A stretch of DNA of 64,000 nucleotides from an uncultured Dehalococcoidales bacterium (GTDB lineage: Bacteria; Chloroflexota; Dehalococcoidia; E44-bin15). The notes below the pieces were generated by a model that worked only from the letters and a program-made list of their open reading frames with translations, ran no database searches and had not been told where the DNA came from. The position numbers were made by a program, and so were the translations under genes. Location of the stretch: contig CAYUWM010000002.1 in the NCBI GenBank assembly GCA_964448395.1, positions 4,010-68,009 on the forward strand, given 5' to 3'. Shown here piece after piece: positions 62,104 through 64,000 of the stretch. Each line of letters starts with the position of its first letter. Positions within the stretch are counted from its first letter, which is position 1.

Positions 62104-62350
62104 AACCCACCTCCGGTTACACCATATAACGACTGAACAAAAAGAAAAGCCCGGTAGAGTGGTTCAAGCCACCCTACTGGGCTAAATACATAAAAAAACC
62201 TCCACAAGGAGGCATGCAGATAATATCTACTAACAGCAAAGCCCTCCTTTCCACAACGGGGGGCGCAGGCGTTTCCCCCTGCACCGTATCGGCTGCCCGC
62301 CATGCCCCACGGTTTAGGCGCGGCAACTCGGAAAGCTAGTATTCAGTTTT
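62104..62350 (-). ncRNA. Long structured 5' leader of the tungstate/molybdate transporter operon; candidate Moco/Wco-type riboswitch
   Basis: Leader of about 240 nt. Contains CCGAG...GUGGAAAGGAGGG, several GC-rich stems, and a CCUCC-ACAA-GGAGG hairpin plus U7 about 90 nt before the start codon. Confidence 0.35.
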
Positions 62351-62361
62351 GAACCGGCACG

Positions 62362-62391
62362 ATTATAACACGGATTTCAACACCGGGTCAA
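62362..62391 (-). promoter_or_regulatory. Sigma-70-like promoter, TTGACC-18 nt-TATAAT, for the transporter operon
   Basis: Read on the reverse complement. Confidence 0.45.
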
Positions 62392-62571
62392 TCCCCATGC
62401 ACTGTTGACAAATCGGTGTCCTCAGTGTCCTGTTCGGCATTCTGGTGATAGTACAGCCGAGGATCGTGGCCTATCTGGTGGGCTTCTACTTTATCGCTGT
62501 AGGTGTGCTGTGGATAATTCAAGCTATTAGATAACCAAAGCTTTATAGCATTCGGTGATATACAGCACAGC

Positions 62572-63891
62572 TTAAGCAACCTCGGCGGGGATGCCCAGCA
62601 TGTGCTCCCTCGCCTCGGCGGCGACGAACAGCGAGCCGGTGATGCAGACCAGGTCTTTCACCCCTGCTATCGACAGGGCGCGCTCGACCGCATCCCCGAC
62701 GTTTTCCGACGCTGTGCCCTCGACACCCTGCTTCTTCAGTTCATCGAGCAGCGGTTCCACCGCCAGCGCCCGCGGGTGGCGGGAGCGGGTGGCGATGACG
62801 GCGCTCGCTAGCGGCGCCATCTCGGCCAGCATTCCGGCCACATCCTTGTCCGACGAGGCACCGATCACCAGTATCAAGCGCTCGTGGTCGAAATATTCTG
62901 TTATCGCTTCCTTCAGCCGCCGTGCCGAGTCGGCGTTGTGGGCGCCATCCACCATCACAACCGGCTCCCGCCTCAGCACTTCGAGACGCCCCGGCCAGCT
63001 CACCCGTGCCAGCCCCCTAGCGATAGAGCTCGATTCGACCCCCAGAGCCTCCAGCGCGGCCACCGCCGTTGCCGCGTTCTCCAGCTGGTGCGCTCCGAGC
63101 AGGGGTATCGTAAGCTTATAGCTGCCCTTGGTTCCCTCTACCTCAAACGATTGCCCCGACAAATCAGATGTCAGCTTCCTCCATGTTACATCCCGGCCGA
63201 CGATCACCAGCGTGGTCTCGTTTCGGCGGCAGGCGTCCTCAATCACCGCGGCCGCCTCGGGACGCTGCGGCGCGCTTATCACCTGAGCCCCCCGCTTGAT
63301 GATGCCCGCTTTCTCCCCGGCTATCTTTGCCAGCGTATCGCCCAGCACCTCGGCATGGTCCCGGCTTATGGAGGTAATCACGCACAGCTCAGGCGATACC
63401 ACATTGGTGGCATCCAGCCGCCCCCCCAGGCCCGCCTCCAGAACCTGGGAATCGACCCCCTGCTCACCGAAAAACGAGAAGGCGACGGCGGTCAGTATCT
63501 CGAAGGTGGTGAGCTCACCGTACTCGTGGCGCCGGTTCACCTCCTCGACCGCGGGCCTGGCCTTGTCCGTCAGGTCAGCGAACATCCCCTCCTCAATCAT
63601 CTCGCCATCGACTGTCATCCGCTCCCGGAAGGTGTGCAGGTGAGGGGAGGTGTACAGCCCGGTGCGATATCTGGCAACCGACAGGGCGGAGGCGATCATC
63701 GCCGCTGTGCTGCCCTTCCCCTTGGTGCCCGCTATGTGGATGGTCCTTGGCGCGAGGTGAGGATTGCCCAGCAGTGACAGCAGTTCCACCATGCGCCTCA
63801 GGTCGAAGTTGGCCGCAGAATAGGCTGAGCCGGGCAGCTTCTCGAAATCGGTGAAGCTCAACAGATAACGCAACGATTCCGGATAGTCCAC
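62572..63891 (-). CDS. folC: Folylpolyglutamate synthase / dihydrofolate synthase
   Basis: Mur-ligase P-loop (HIAGTKGKGST). GTG start. Confidence 0.85.
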   Translation of the reverse strand: MDYPESLRYLLSFTDFEKLPGSAYSAANFDLRRMVELLSLLGNPHLAPRTIHIAGTKGKGSTAAMIASALSVARYRTGLYTSPHLHTFRERMTVDGEMIEEGMFADLTDKARPAVEEVNRRHEYGELTTFEILTAVAFSFFGEQGVDSQVLEAGLGGRLDATNVVSPELCVITSISRDHAEVLGDTLAKIAGEKAGIIKRGAQVISAPQRPEAAAVIEDACRRNETTLVIVGRDVTWRKLTSDLSGQSFEVEGTKGSYKLTIPLLGAHQLENAATAVAALEALGVESSSIARGLARVSWPGRLEVLRREPVVMVDGAHNADSARRLKEAITEYFDHERLILVIGASSDKDVAGMLAEMAPLASAVIATRSRHPRALAVEPLLDELKKQGVEGTASENVGDAVERALSIAGVKDLVCITGSLFVAAEAREHMLGIPAEVA

Positions 63892-63938
63892 GGGGGGTAT
63901 TATATCATGAGGGCGCGATGATATAATATTACTTACCC

Positions 63939-64000
63939 ATGTTTACCCATCTGCACGTCCACACCGAATACAGCCTCCTCGACGGGCTGTGCCGCATCGA
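63939..64000 (+). CDS. dnaE: DNA polymerase III alpha subunit, 5' fragment (continues beyond the window)
   Basis: MFTHLHVHTEYSLLDGLCRI is the PHP-domain N-terminus characteristic of DnaE. Confidence 0.7.
   Translation, partial: MFTHLHVHTEYSLLDGLCRI

Noticed and set aside
62388-62579. 63-aa minus-strand ORF between folC and the transporter promoter
   Set aside because: No RBS and odd composition. The region is better explained as a 3' UTR and promoter region.

Overview
This is a GC-rich (about 60-65% by eye) chromosomal window from a bacterium. Tungsten AOR, MetF, a B12-radical SAM enzyme and giant cytoplasmic multi-PAS kinases suggest an anaerobe, possibly Chloroflexota-like (inference, low confidence). 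The window is densely coding and mostly housekeeping: aromatic amino-acid genes (aroH, DAHP synthase, pheA), ribF, tyrS, serC-like/serA, ligA, pth, eno, gap, pdxST, tmk, the pyr operon (pyrR-pyrB-pyrC-carB-pyrK), metF, folC and the dnaE 5' end. Accessory content: (1) two tandem, partly duplicated multi-PAS sensor histidine kinases (1976 aa and 1142 aa), each overlapping a near-identical stand-alone CheY-like receiver, followed by a REC-GAF protein. (2) Two sharply AT-rich single-gene insertions. One abuts the eno stop codon. The other is a TIR-like (COG4271-type) gene sitting inside the pyr operon between pyrC and carB, and is the best candidate for a novel or defence-type element. (3) A minus-strand cluster of 4Fe-4S ferredoxin, tungsten-type aldehyde:ferredoxin oxidoreductase, LutB-like and LutA-like Fe-S proteins. 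(4) Four tandem stand-alone cNMP-binding-domain paralogs (A-B-A-B) with a degenerate phosphate-binding cassette, immediately upstream of metF. (5) A tungstate/molybdate ABC transporter operon plus mop, with a long structured leader that may be a Moco-type riboswitch. (6) Unusual architectures: TyrRS with three C-terminal S4 repeats, Tmk with a Lys-rich tail, and PyrB fused to a PyrI-like zinc domain. No rRNA, tRNA, CRISPR array, transposase or integrase was found.
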